A DNA stretch of 50,830 bases from assembly GCA_028280665.1 (NCBI GenBank), contig JANQLJ010000004.1, forward strand, positions 1-50,830, in the 5' to 3' direction. The translations under genes and the position numbers were made by a program. Shown here one piece after another: positions 1 to 6,778 of the stretch. Source of the DNA: Alphaproteobacteria bacterium. Lineage in GTDB: Bacteria > Pseudomonadota > Alphaproteobacteria > JAJFIK01. The notes beneath the pieces are model-generated. The model saw only the letters and a list, made by a program, of their open reading frames with translations, was not told where the DNA came from and did no database searches. Each line of letters starts with the position of its first letter. Positions within the stretch are counted from its first letter, which is position 1.

Positions 1-457
1 GGTTGACCCGCGCGATGAAGTGCCGTTCGCGCGGGCGCGGGGGCAGGTCTTCCACCGGGTAGCCATCGGCTCGCCATTTCGGCAGTCCCCCGTCGAGCAC
101 GCATACGTCTTGATGCCCCATGAAGCGGAACATCCACCACACCCGCGCGGCGGAAAAAAGCCCCTTGGTATCATAGACGACGATCTTGTTGCCGCTCCCG
201 AGCCCCATCTTGCGCGCGCGTGAGGAAAACAGCGTCGGGCTCGGCAGCATGTGTGGCAACCCGCATTCGGTGTCGGCAATGTCGTCAATGTCGAAAAAGA
301 CCGCGCCGGGGATGTGCGCGCTTAAGTACTCTTCATGGGCGTTACGGTTTTCGGACGGCATGTGCCAGCTTGCATCCACGACGCGCACGTCGGGGGCGTC
401 AAGATGATCGGCTAGCCATTTTGTCGTGACGAGCGGGGCGGCCTCACTCAAAGACAT
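1..457 (-). CDS. sseA: 3-mercaptopyruvate/thiosulfate sulfurtransferase (rhodanese family); N-terminal ~152 codons only, 3' end runs off the window
   Basis: Absent from the ORF track because no stop is reached. My translation of the minus strand from ATG at 457 is MSLSEAAPLVTTKWLADHLDAPDVRVVDASWHMPSENRNAHEEYLSAHIPGAVFFDIDDIADTECGLPHMLPSP...VVYDTKGLFSAARVWWMFRFMGHQDVCVLDGGLPKWRADGYPVE, open to position 1. This is a typical SseA/MST N-terminal rhodanese domain. The start overlaps the upstream gene's stop by 14 nt. Confidence 0.8.
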   Translation of the reverse strand, partial: MSLSEAAPLVTTKWLADHLDAPDVRVVDASWHMPSENRNAHEEYLSAHIPGAVFFDIDDIADTECGLPHMLPSPTLFSSRARKMGLGSGNKIVVYDTKGLFSAARVWWMFRFMGHQDVCVLDGGLPKWRADGYPVEDLPPRPRERHFIARVN

Positions 458-1514
458 TCGGGATCACTCGCTTGATTGCAGTCTCTTCATCCAGCCAGCG
501 CGGGACCGGCAGTCCCTTTTCGCGCAAAAATGCCGGATTGAACAGTTTACTTTGGTAGCGGGTGCCAAAATCGCAGAGAACGGTGACAATCGTATGCCCG
601 GGCCCGAGGTCGCGGGCCATGCGGACGGCGCCGGCGATGTTGATGCCGGACGAGGTACCCATGCAAAGGCCCTCATGTTCGATCAGATCGAAGATGTAAG
701 GCAGCGCCTCGGCGTCTGAGATCTGGTAGGGCAGGTCCACCTCAAGCCCTTCCAGGTTCGCGGTAATGCGGCCCTGGCCAATGCCCTCGGTAATGGAGGA
801 GCCTTCGGCCTTGAGCTCCCCATGGGCGTAGTAGTTGTAGAGCGCGGCACCCATGGGGTCCACAAGGCCAATCTTGACCCCCGGCTTGCGCGCGCGCAGG
901 GCCTCGGCAACGCCCGCCAGCGTCCCGCCCGAGCCCACGGCGCAGATAAAGCCGTCAACCTCGCCGCCGGTTTGCTGCCAGATTTCGGGGCCAGTGGTCT
1001 CCGCATGGGCCCGGCGGTTGGCCACGTTGTCGAACTGGTTTGCCCAGATGGCGCCCGCGGGGCTGGTGCGGCCCAGCTCCTCCGCAAGGCGGCCCGAGTA
1101 CTTCACGTAGTTGTTGGGGTTCTTGTAAGGCACGGCCGGAACCTCGATCAGCTCCGCCCCGGCGATGCGCACCATGTCCTTCTTTTCCTGGGTCTGGGTC
1201 TCGGGCATGACGATCACCGTCCGGTAGCCCATGGCGCTGCCCACGAGGGCAAGCCCGATACCTGTATTGCCGGCGGTGCCTTCGACAATGGTGCCGCCAC
1301 GGCGCAGCTCGCCCCGCTCGACGGCATCCTTGACGATGTAGAGGGCGGCGCGGTCCTTGACCGACTGGCCGGGGTTCATGAATTCGGCCTTGCCGTAGAT
1401 GTCGCAGCCCGTGAGCTCGGACACTTTGTTGAGGCGGATGAGTGGCGTGTTGCCGATGGCCTCGGTCACATTCCGCTCGATGAAATTATTTACTCTATTT
1501 TCCTGTGGAAACAT
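444..1514 (-). CDS. PLP-dependent cysteine synthase / cystathionine beta-synthase family enzyme (CysM/CBS-like)
   Basis: 356-aa ORF. PLP-lysine motif NPGQSVKDRAAL, glycine loop GTAGNTGIGLA, and TSSGIN near the C-terminal part. GGAGG lies 7 nt upstream of the ATG. Confidence 0.9.
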   Translation of the reverse strand: MFPQENRVNNFIERNVTEAIGNTPLIRLNKVSELTGCDIYGKAEFMNPGQSVKDRAALYIVKDAVERGELRRGGTIVEGTAGNTGIGLALVGSAMGYRTVIVMPETQTQEKKDMVRIAGAELIEVPAVPYKNPNNYVKYSGRLAEELGRTSPAGAIWANQFDNVANRRAHAETTGPEIWQQTGGEVDGFICAVGSGGTLAGVAEALRARKPGVKIGLVDPMGAALYNYYAHGELKAEGSSITEGIGQGRITANLEGLEVDLPYQISDAEALPYIFDLIEHEGLCMGTSSGINIAGAVRMARDLGPGHTIVTVLCDFGTRYQSKLFNPAFLREKGLPVPRWLDEETAIKRVIPNVFE

Positions 1515-1519
1515 TTAAA

Positions 1520-1557
1520 GGCCTCCATTTAGATGTTAATCTATTCCGATGGAGGCC
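1520..1557 (-). promoter_or_regulatory. 9-bp stem-loop (GGCCTCCAT / ATGGAGGCC, 20-nt AT-rich loop) whose 3' arm contains the Shine-Dalgarno of the cysteine-synthase-like gene
   Basis: Read directly. Plus-strand arms are at 1520-1528 and 1549-1557. On the minus strand the 3' arm AUGGAGGCC carries GGAGG 7 nt before the ATG at 1514, and the hairpin is followed by UUUAAAUGUUU. It could be an SD-sequestering element, a weak terminator for the upstream Nudix gene, or both. Confidence 0.4.
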
Positions 1558-1576
1558 AATTGGCAATCTTTCCAGG

Positions 1577-2200
1577 TCACCCCCATTTGCGCTGCAGATC
1601 AGCGTGGTTGAGTGAAAGCCACTGGATGAGGACGAAGCTGGGGGCCGAGCGCAGACGGCCATCCCCAAGCGCCTTGGCGGCTTCCTCACGGGTGCAGACC
1701 ATGGCTTTGATGTCTTCGTGCTCATCGTCAACGCCGTGAAGGCCGCCTGCGCCTTCGAGGCATGCTTCGCCCACGTAGAGATAGACGTATTCGGAGAAGA
1801 TGCCGGGGGAGTTGTACATCTCCGCCACCTTGATAAGGCGGCCAACCTCGCAGCCTGCCTCTTCCACGGCTTCGCGGCGGGCGACCTCTTCGGGGGTCTC
1901 GTCCTTGTCGATGCGGCCGGCCACCGCTTCGATGACCCAAGGGTTGTCGTCGCGGGGGAGGGGGCCGGGGCGGAACTGCTCGGTCAGCAGCACCTCGTCG
2001 CGCTTTGCGTCGTAGAGCAGCACCACCACCGCATCGCCGGAGCTGAAGACCTCACGGGTCATAACTTCGGACGTTGCGCCGTCATAGCGCTCGTGGGTGA
2101 GCCGGTATTGGTGAACCCTGCCGTAGCCGTGATAGGCCTCGCGGTCTTCGATGATTTCAAAGGGCGTGGCAGCGGGCGTGACCGTCAGGCGCTGGGTCAT
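1577..2200 (-). CDS. nudF: Nudix hydrolase, ADP-ribose pyrophosphatase-like
   Basis: 207-aa ORF with Nudix box GRIDKDETPEEVARREAVEEAGCEV. The upstream LLTEQFRPG block is like E. coli NudF. Confidence 0.85.
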   Translation of the reverse strand: MTQRLTVTPAATPFEIIEDREAYHGYGRVHQYRLTHERYDGATSEVMTREVFSSGDAVVVLLYDAKRDEVLLTEQFRPGPLPRDDNPWVIEAVAGRIDKDETPEEVARREAVEEAGCEVGRLIKVAEMYNSPGIFSEYVYLYVGEACLEGAGGLHGVDDEHEDIKAMVCTREEAAKALGDGRLRSAPSFVLIQWLSLNHADLQRKWG

Positions 2201-2223
2201 TTGGAAACCTCAGTGGTTGAGTT

Positions 2224-2254
2224 CAAAAGGAAAGGGCCCCGGCTTGGGGCCCTT
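2224..2254 (-). terminator. Rho-independent terminator downstream of cfa
   Basis: AAGGGCCCC-GGCTT-GGGGCCCTT forms a 9-bp GC-rich stem (2232-2254). It is followed on the minus strand by UCCUUUUG. Confidence 0.6.
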
Positions 2255-2286
2255 GTCAATGCGTTGTCAATTCGCTTGCGTGATGC

Positions 2287-3558
2287 TCAGGGCCGCCGCA
2301 ACGCCACTTGCGTCACGTCGATGGTGCCTGCGTTGAACCCGGCCTCGCAGTAGCCGAGATAGAGGTTCCACATACGGCGGAACCGCTCATCAAATCCCAT
2401 TTGCTGAATCGTGGGCCAGGCTTCAAGGAAACGGTCGCGCCAGATGTGCAGCGTGCGCGCATAGTCACGGCCAAACGTGACGTTGTGTTTCCAGTCCAGC
2501 CCCACATTGCGCACTTGCTCGGCGAGGACCGAAGGCGAGGGCAGCATGCCGCCCGGAAAGATGTAGCGTTGAATGAAGTCCGTGCTCTTGCGGTAATCGT
2601 CGAAAAGATCATCGGCGATGGTGATGATCTGCAACCCCGCTTGCCCGCCGGACTTGAGGACGTCCCGCACCTTGCCGAAGAACGAAGGCCAGTATTCTTC
2701 GCCCACCGCTTCAAACATCTCGATAGAGGCGACGCGGTCGAACTCGCCCTCAACGTCGCGGTAATCGACATAGCGTATGTCAACCTTGTCATTGAGGCCG
2801 TTCTCGAACATGCGCTTCTGCGCGAATTCAAGCTGTTCTTTAGAAATGGTAATGCCGGTGATTTTGCAGCCGACTTCCTTGGCGGCGTATTCCGCAAAGC
2901 CGCCCCAGCCGCATCCGATTTCAAGCACGCTATGGTCGGGGCCAATCTCCGCTTCGTTGATGAGCGAGCGATACTTGTTTCTTTGCGCCTCGGAAAGGGA
3001 CTGGCCGGGATCTGCGAAACGCGCCGATGAATACGTCATCGTCTGGTCCAGCCATTGCCGGTAGAACGCGTTCCCCAGGTCGTAATGGTACTCGATGTTC
3101 TTCTTTGCGCCGCTCCGTGAATTGCGGTTGAAAAAGTGGACGAGCTGGCCGAGCGCCCGCGCCCAGCCGCGCCCGTGGAAGTAGGCGCGCAAGTTTTCGG
3201 AGTTCTGGGCGACGACTTCAAGGAACGCGGCGAGATCCGGCGAATCCCACATCCCGTCCATGTAGGCCTCGCCCATGCCGGTGCCGCCGCCGGTGACGAG
3301 CCGTCTTGCGAACGCATAGTCATAGATGATCAGGGTGCCGGACTTGCCGGGCTCGGTGCCCTTGAACCGGATCGAACGGCCGTCGGGCAGCACCATCGTC
3401 ACCTCGCCCCAGCGAATGCGAAGGGCGATGCGCATGACCGCCTTGACCAGCGTAGGCACATCTTTGAGGTGGCTGATGCTCTCCGGCGTTGCGTCGATCA
3501 CATCCGATGGAGCTTCGGCGGTTTCCGGCACGCGGGGGTTTGTTGCCGCGTCAGTCAT
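2287..3558 (-). CDS. cfa: Cyclopropane-fatty-acyl-phospholipid synthase family SAM-dependent methyltransferase
   Basis: SAM motif VLEIGCGWGGFAEYAA plus Cfa-type blocks (HYDLGNAFY, FPGGMLPS, YLGYCEAGF). The ORF track starts at TTG 3576. I prefer ATG 3558, which has GGGAG 7 nt upstream. Confidence 0.9.
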   Translation of the reverse strand: MTDAATNPRVPETAEAPSDVIDATPESISHLKDVPTLVKAVMRIALRIRWGEVTMVLPDGRSIRFKGTEPGKSGTLIIYDYAFARRLVTGGGTGMGEAYMDGMWDSPDLAAFLEVVAQNSENLRAYFHGRGWARALGQLVHFFNRNSRSGAKKNIEYHYDLGNAFYRQWLDQTMTYSSARFADPGQSLSEAQRNKYRSLINEAEIGPDHSVLEIGCGWGGFAEYAAKEVGCKITGITISKEQLEFAQKRMFENGLNDKVDIRYVDYRDVEGEFDRVASIEMFEAVGEEYWPSFFGKVRDVLKSGGQAGLQIITIADDLFDDYRKSTDFIQRYIFPGGMLPSPSVLAEQVRNVGLDWKHNVTFGRDYARTLHIWRDRFLEAWPTIQQMGFDERFRRMWNLYLGYCEAGFNAGTIDVTQVALRRP

Positions 3559-3855
3559 GGGATCACTCCCGTTCAATGATGAGCTAATTGAACGCTACTC
3601 CGGCACTCCTCGTTCATGAGGGATTTTGGCCGGTTTTAAGGCCTGAGGTCAATCGCTCCCTGTCTGAATCGTGCTTTAGTGGGACGCTGGAAATGTCATA
3701 TTTTTTAGATGGTTACGAAGAATCCCTCGCGCCAGATGTCATGGGGCGAATGGCTTTCCTTGACTAATTTGCACGCAAATGGTGTTCGAGACCGCCTGAA
3801 GACTTACGGCGCTTGGCCCTGTCATTGACCGGGCGGCAGCTTGTTACGAGTATCG

Positions 3856-4590
3856 ATGGTCATGAGTGATGAGCGTGATGGATTGGTCGAGTCTCTTCAG
3901 GCGCTGGGCGTACGGCACGGGGATACAGTCATGGTTCACGCCTCAATGCGGCGCGTCGGGGTGCGGGCCGAGGTTCTTCTCGACGCCATCGAGGCGGCTG
4001 TCGGCCTGGAAGGGCGTATCATGATGCTTGTATGCGCGCCCGAGGGACCATTCGATCCAAATCATAGCCCCGCATGGGCTGAACTCGGTGTGCTCAGCGA
4101 GGTCTTCCGCACGCGGCCTGGTGTTGTCCTCAACGAGCACCCAATCGCCCGGATGGGGGCCTGGGGGAAGCAAGCGCGGGCTCTGGTGCTCGAGCCACCC
4201 CATGACGATTACTATGGGCCCGGCTCGCCACTCGAACGATTGGTGCAAGTTGGGGGCAAGGTCCTGCGCCTTGCCGCCGAGCCCGACACAGTGACACTCT
4301 TCCACTACGCGGAGTACGTCGCCGCGGTGCCGGATAAGAGGCGCCGCAACTGGTCAGTGGATGTTGTTGGCTCCGATGGTGTTGAGCGCATCCACGGCAA
4401 TTGCCTTGACGATAACCATGGGATCAAAGACTGGAGCAGTGATCGGGACTATTTCACGCAGATCCTTATCGACTATATCGCAACCGGACGTCCTCAAACG
4501 GGCCATGTCGGCAAAGCAACTTGCGAGCTGCTTGATGCCGGGGACGCAACGCGGTTTGCGGTCGGCTGGCTCGAGGAAGCGTTTGGCTGA
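3856..4590 (+). CDS. Aminoglycoside N3-acetyltransferase (AAC(3)) family protein
   Basis: Family blocks LQALGVRHGDTVMVHASMRRVG, FDPNHSPAWAELGVLSEVFRTRPGVVLNEHP, SPLERLVQVGGKVLRLAAEPDTVTLFHYAEYVAAVP. The start is ambiguous (TTG 3841, ATG 3856 or ATG 3862) and none has a clear SD. Confidence 0.8.
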   Translation: MVMSDERDGLVESLQALGVRHGDTVMVHASMRRVGVRAEVLLDAIEAAVGLEGRIMMLVCAPEGPFDPNHSPAWAELGVLSEVFRTRPGVVLNEHPIARMGAWGKQARALVLEPPHDDYYGPGSPLERLVQVGGKVLRLAAEPDTVTLFHYAEYVAAVPDKRRRNWSVDVVGSDGVERIHGNCLDDNHGIKDWSSDRDYFTQILIDYIATGRPQTGHVGKATCELLDAGDATRFAVGWLEEAFG

Positions 4591-4622
4591 GTGAAAAGAA
4601 ACTATGGCGGGGAGGAGAACGG

Positions 4623-5246
4623 ATGAACATTGATGTCGCCCGCCTAATCGGTGCGGTCAGCCGGAAGCTGGAGACTCGCGAACACAACGGAAACCCGGCA
4701 CGCGCGGTGATTATGAGCCGTGCTTACGACACGAGCCTCGAGGATCTGTGGGACGCATTGACCAACATCGAAAGACTGCCCCGTTGGTTCCTGCCGGTTA
4801 CCGGCGACCTCCGTCCCGGCGGCCACTACCAACTCGAAGGCAATGCATCCGGTGAGATTACCCGCTGTGAGCCGCCAAGGCTTTTTAGTGTCACCTGGGA
4901 GTTTTCCGGAAACGTCAGTTGGGTCCAGGTCGAGTTCGAAGAGGTTGAGGGCGGGACGCTTCTCCGCCTTGAGCACCTCGCGCATGTGCCAGAGGAGTTC
5001 TGGATAGAATACGGCCCCGGCGCCACCGGTGTGGGCTGGGAGCAAGCCCTTCTCGGACTCGGTCTTTACTTGGCGAAGTCCGGGATCGAGCCCAAGGAGG
5101 CCGAGACGTGGCTTACCACGGACGCGGGCAAGTCGTTCATCCGTCAGATAAGCGAGGCTTGGGGTGAAGCGTCGATCGCAGCCGGCACCGATGTGGCAGC
5201 AGCCCGTGAAGCCGCCCGGAGGACGACTGAGTTCTACGGGGGCTAG
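4623..5246 (+). CDS. SRPBCC / AHSA1 (Aha1-like) domain protein
   Basis: 207-aa ORF with GGAGGAG SD. The pattern LEDLWDALTNIERLPRWF...GGHYQLEGNASGEITRCEPPRLFSVTWEF is typical of Aha1/SRPBCC ligand-binding folds. Confidence 0.75.
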   Translation: MNIDVARLIGAVSRKLETREHNGNPARAVIMSRAYDTSLEDLWDALTNIERLPRWFLPVTGDLRPGGHYQLEGNASGEITRCEPPRLFSVTWEFSGNVSWVQVEFEEVEGGTLLRLEHLAHVPEEFWIEYGPGATGVGWEQALLGLGLYLAKSGIEPKEAETWLTTDAGKSFIRQISEAWGEASIAAGTDVAAAREAARRTTEFYGG

Positions 5247-5303
5247 GCCCGTGGGTGAACGCCTTCCACCCAAAGCGCCGGGTTTTCTCGGATGTGTGAG
5301 AAT

Positions 5304-5379
5304 TGGCTCCCCGGGCCGGACTCGAACCAGCGACCGGACGGTTAACAGCCGTCTGCTCTACCAACTGAGCTACCGGGGA
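5304..5379 (-). tRNA. tRNA-Asn (anticodon GUU), CCA encoded
   Basis: The minus strand reads TCCCCGGTAGCTCAGTTGGTAGAGCAGACGGCTGTTAACCGTCCGGTCGCTGGTTCGAGTCCGGCCCGGGGAGCCA. It folds as a cloverleaf with anticodon loop CU-GUU-AA and a GGTTCGAGTCC T-arm. Confidence 0.95.
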
Positions 5380-5405
5380 ATGGTCCCTCGCTAACGGGAG
5401 GGCTG

Positions 5406-5434
5406 CCTATAGCAAAGTCGATTATCGGTTTCCA
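5406..5434 (-). promoter_or_regulatory. Putative sigma70-type promoter of tRNA-Asn (TGGAAA-17-TATAGG)
   Basis: The minus strand reads TGGAAAccgataatcgactttgcTATAGG. The -10 lies 26 nt upstream of the tRNA 5' end. It shares the motif CCTATAGCA(A/G)AG (plus strand) with the tRNA-Cys promoter. Confidence 0.4.
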
Positions 5435-5468
5435 GTCCTTTGTGCCGCACCCCGCTGGGCTTCGCGCC

Positions 5469-5497
5469 AAAAAAATGGGCCGCTTGGGAAGCGGCCC
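5469..5497 (-). terminator. Rho-independent terminator about 155 nt downstream of tRNA-Cys
   Basis: GGGCCGCTT-CCC-AAGCGGCCC forms a 9-bp stem (5477-5497). It is followed on the minus strand by AUUUUUUU (5476-5469). Confidence 0.65.
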
Positions 5498-5545
5498 AGG
5501 AGGTGTTGGGTAAATGGTGGGGTGTCTTCAAGGGAAGACACGTAA
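5469..5545 (-). ncRNA. Candidate small RNA or tRNA-Cys 3' trailer-derived RNA: hairpin, single-stranded CCCACCAUUUACCCAACACCUCCU, then terminator
   Basis: An 8-bp hairpin (GTGTCTTC-AAGG-GAAGACAC, 5522-5541) and a 24-nt linker containing CACCUCCU (identical to the anti-SD end of 16S rRNA) precede the terminator at 5469-5497. The 5' end is undefined and could extend to the tRNA-Cys 3' end at 5652. Confidence 0.3.
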
Positions 5546-5562
5546 AGGGTCGTTCACGCGAG

Positions 5563-5578
5563 TTAATGACGGGTTAAC
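5563..5578 (+). promoter_or_regulatory. CtrA-type box TTAA-N7-TTAAC (TTAATGACGGGTTAAC)
   Basis: A perfect match to the alphaproteobacterial CtrA consensus TTAA-N7-TTAAC, read directly in the intergenic trailer between tRNA-Cys and its terminator. The target promoter and strand are unresolved. Confidence 0.3.
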
Positions 5579-5652
5579 AGGTGGCAGGATTTTCCCCCTA
5601 TGGGGGTAAGGCCCGCGCTACAGGGGTTCAAGAGGCGGTAAGGGGTGGAAGA

Positions 5653-5726
5653 TGGAGGCCACGGCCGGAATCGAACCGGCGTACACGGCTTTGCAGGCCG
5701 CTGCGTAACCACTCCGCCACGTGGCC
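5653..5726 (-). tRNA. tRNA-Cys (anticodon GCA), CCA encoded
   Basis: The minus strand reads GGCCACGTGGCGGAGTGGTTACGCAGCGGCCTGCAAAGCCGTGTACGCCGGTTCGATTCCGGCCGTGGCCTCCA. Acceptor stem is GGCCACG/CGTGGCC and the anticodon loop is CU-GCA-AA. Confidence 0.95.
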
Positions 5727-5743
5727 TCGGGGAGAGGGCGCCT

Positions 5744-5772
5744 CCTATAGCAGAGGCCCCTTCGTGCGACAA
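5744..5772 (-). promoter_or_regulatory. Putative sigma70-type promoter of tRNA-Cys (TTGTCG-17-TATAGG)
   Basis: The minus strand reads TTGTCGcacgaaggggcctctgcTATAGG. The -10 lies 17 nt upstream of the tRNA 5' end. Confidence 0.45.
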
Positions 5773-5901
5773 TGCGCTGGTATGGGCGCAGCAATGTGCT
5801 GGTTTGGTCAGGGAAAGGGCGGAGAAGGGGTTTGTCTTGTGCGCGGGCCCGCCTTATAAGCGCGTGGAACTTCGGCAGGCAGAGGCGGAGCTACAATCCC
5901 C

Positions 5902-6555
5902 ATGGACGATCTGAGTGAAGCGCGCATCAATATGGTCGAGAATCAGATTCGGCCGAGCGACGTCACTGACCTGCGCATCCAAGAGGCCATGCGCACCATC
6001 CCGCGCGAGCTGTTCCTGCCCAAAACCGTAAGATCGCTTGCCTATTCCGAAGAGCGCCTCGAGGTCGCGCCGGGCCGCCGCGTGATCGAGCCGCGCACCC
6101 TCGCCAAGATGATCCAGGCCGCCGAGATCAAACCGGCCGATCTTGCGCTCGTGGTGGGCGCATCCACCGGCTATGCGGCGGCTATTGTCGCCTCGCTGGC
6201 CGCTGCGGTGGTGGCGCTGGAAGAAGACGCATCCCTTGCTGAATCTGCGGCAGCGAACTTCACGCACCTCGACATCGACACGGTTGCGGTCGTGACGGGC
6301 ACGCTTGCCGAGGGGCATCTCTCCCAGGCGCCTTACGATGTGATCCTGATCGACGGCGGTGTGGAATCAATCCCTCAGCCGCTCACTGACGAACTCGCTG
6401 AAGGCGGCCGGCTGGTCGCCATAACCGTGGAAGACGCCGTGGGCGCGGTGCGGCTTTATGAACGGGCAGGGGGCACAGTGTCTTCGCGATACCTCTTCGA
6501 TGCGACCGCGCCGGTTCTGCCGGGCTTTGAGAAACCCCAGGAATTTGCCCTTTAG
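5902..6555 (+). CDS. Protein-L-isoaspartate O-methyltransferase-like paralogue (the pcm-like gene found upstream of tolC in alphaproteobacteria)
   Basis: The N-terminus MVENQIRPSDVTDLRIQEAMRTIPRELFLP is PIMT-like. The SAM motif I position reads VVGASTGY rather than canonical VGTGSGY. Confidence 0.8.
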   Translation: MDDLSEARINMVENQIRPSDVTDLRIQEAMRTIPRELFLPKTVRSLAYSEERLEVAPGRRVIEPRTLAKMIQAAEIKPADLALVVGASTGYAAAIVASLAAAVVALEEDASLAESAAANFTHLDIDTVAVVTGTLAEGHLSQAPYDVILIDGGVESIPQPLTDELAEGGRLVAITVEDAVGAVRLYERAGGTVSSRYLFDATAPVLPGFEKPQEFAL

Positions 6556-6778
6556 GCGCGGCTGGTAGCAGGTGTTCAGGTAGATCGCCGCGAATCGCAT
6601 AAGAAATAGCCGGAAATACTTGAAAAGACACAGAATCCGGTAGGGTGAATTTGCCTGATCAACAAAAGTTTCACGCCGTTTTGTCTCGTTCACCCTGGGG
6701 GTCTGTGGCATGGAAGGTGGATGGGACTGCGCCCGGGCTGGCGCAGGTGAGTAGGGCGTGAGTAAAAGCGGGGACTGA

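Noticed and set aside
2253-2271. The direct repeat TTGTCAAT-gcg-TTGTCAAT (ATTGACAA x2 on the minus strand, 11-bp period) between the cfa stop and its terminator
   Set aside because: It contains TTGACA, but no -10 element follows at a suitable distance on either strand. It could be a regulator site, but nothing else supports this.
3618-3728. An 8-bp inverted repeat GAGGGATT / AATCCCTC about 95 nt apart in the cfa/AAC(3) spacer
   Set aside because: It is short enough to arise by chance in a 300-bp spacer, and there are no flanking target duplications or MITE-like features.
3778-3802. A tRNA T-arm-like fragment (GGTGTTCGAGACCGCC) upstream of the AAC(3)-like gene, considered as a possible att repeat marking an island integrated at tRNA-Asn
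   Set aside because: It is in the opposite orientation to the tRNA-Asn 3' end, matches only about 10 of 15 positions, and no integrase is present.
5514-5609. A 31-codon plus-strand ORF (MVGCLQGKTRKGSFTRVNDGLTGGRIFPLWG) preceded by a perfect AGGAGG 10 nt upstream
   Set aside because: The AGGAGG is the complement of the CCUCCU in the minus-strand candidate sRNA, and the adjacent terminator is oriented for the minus strand. The ORF has weak GC3 bias compared with real genes here and no plus-strand promoter or conservation evidence. It remains an alternative hypothesis testable by ribosome profiling.
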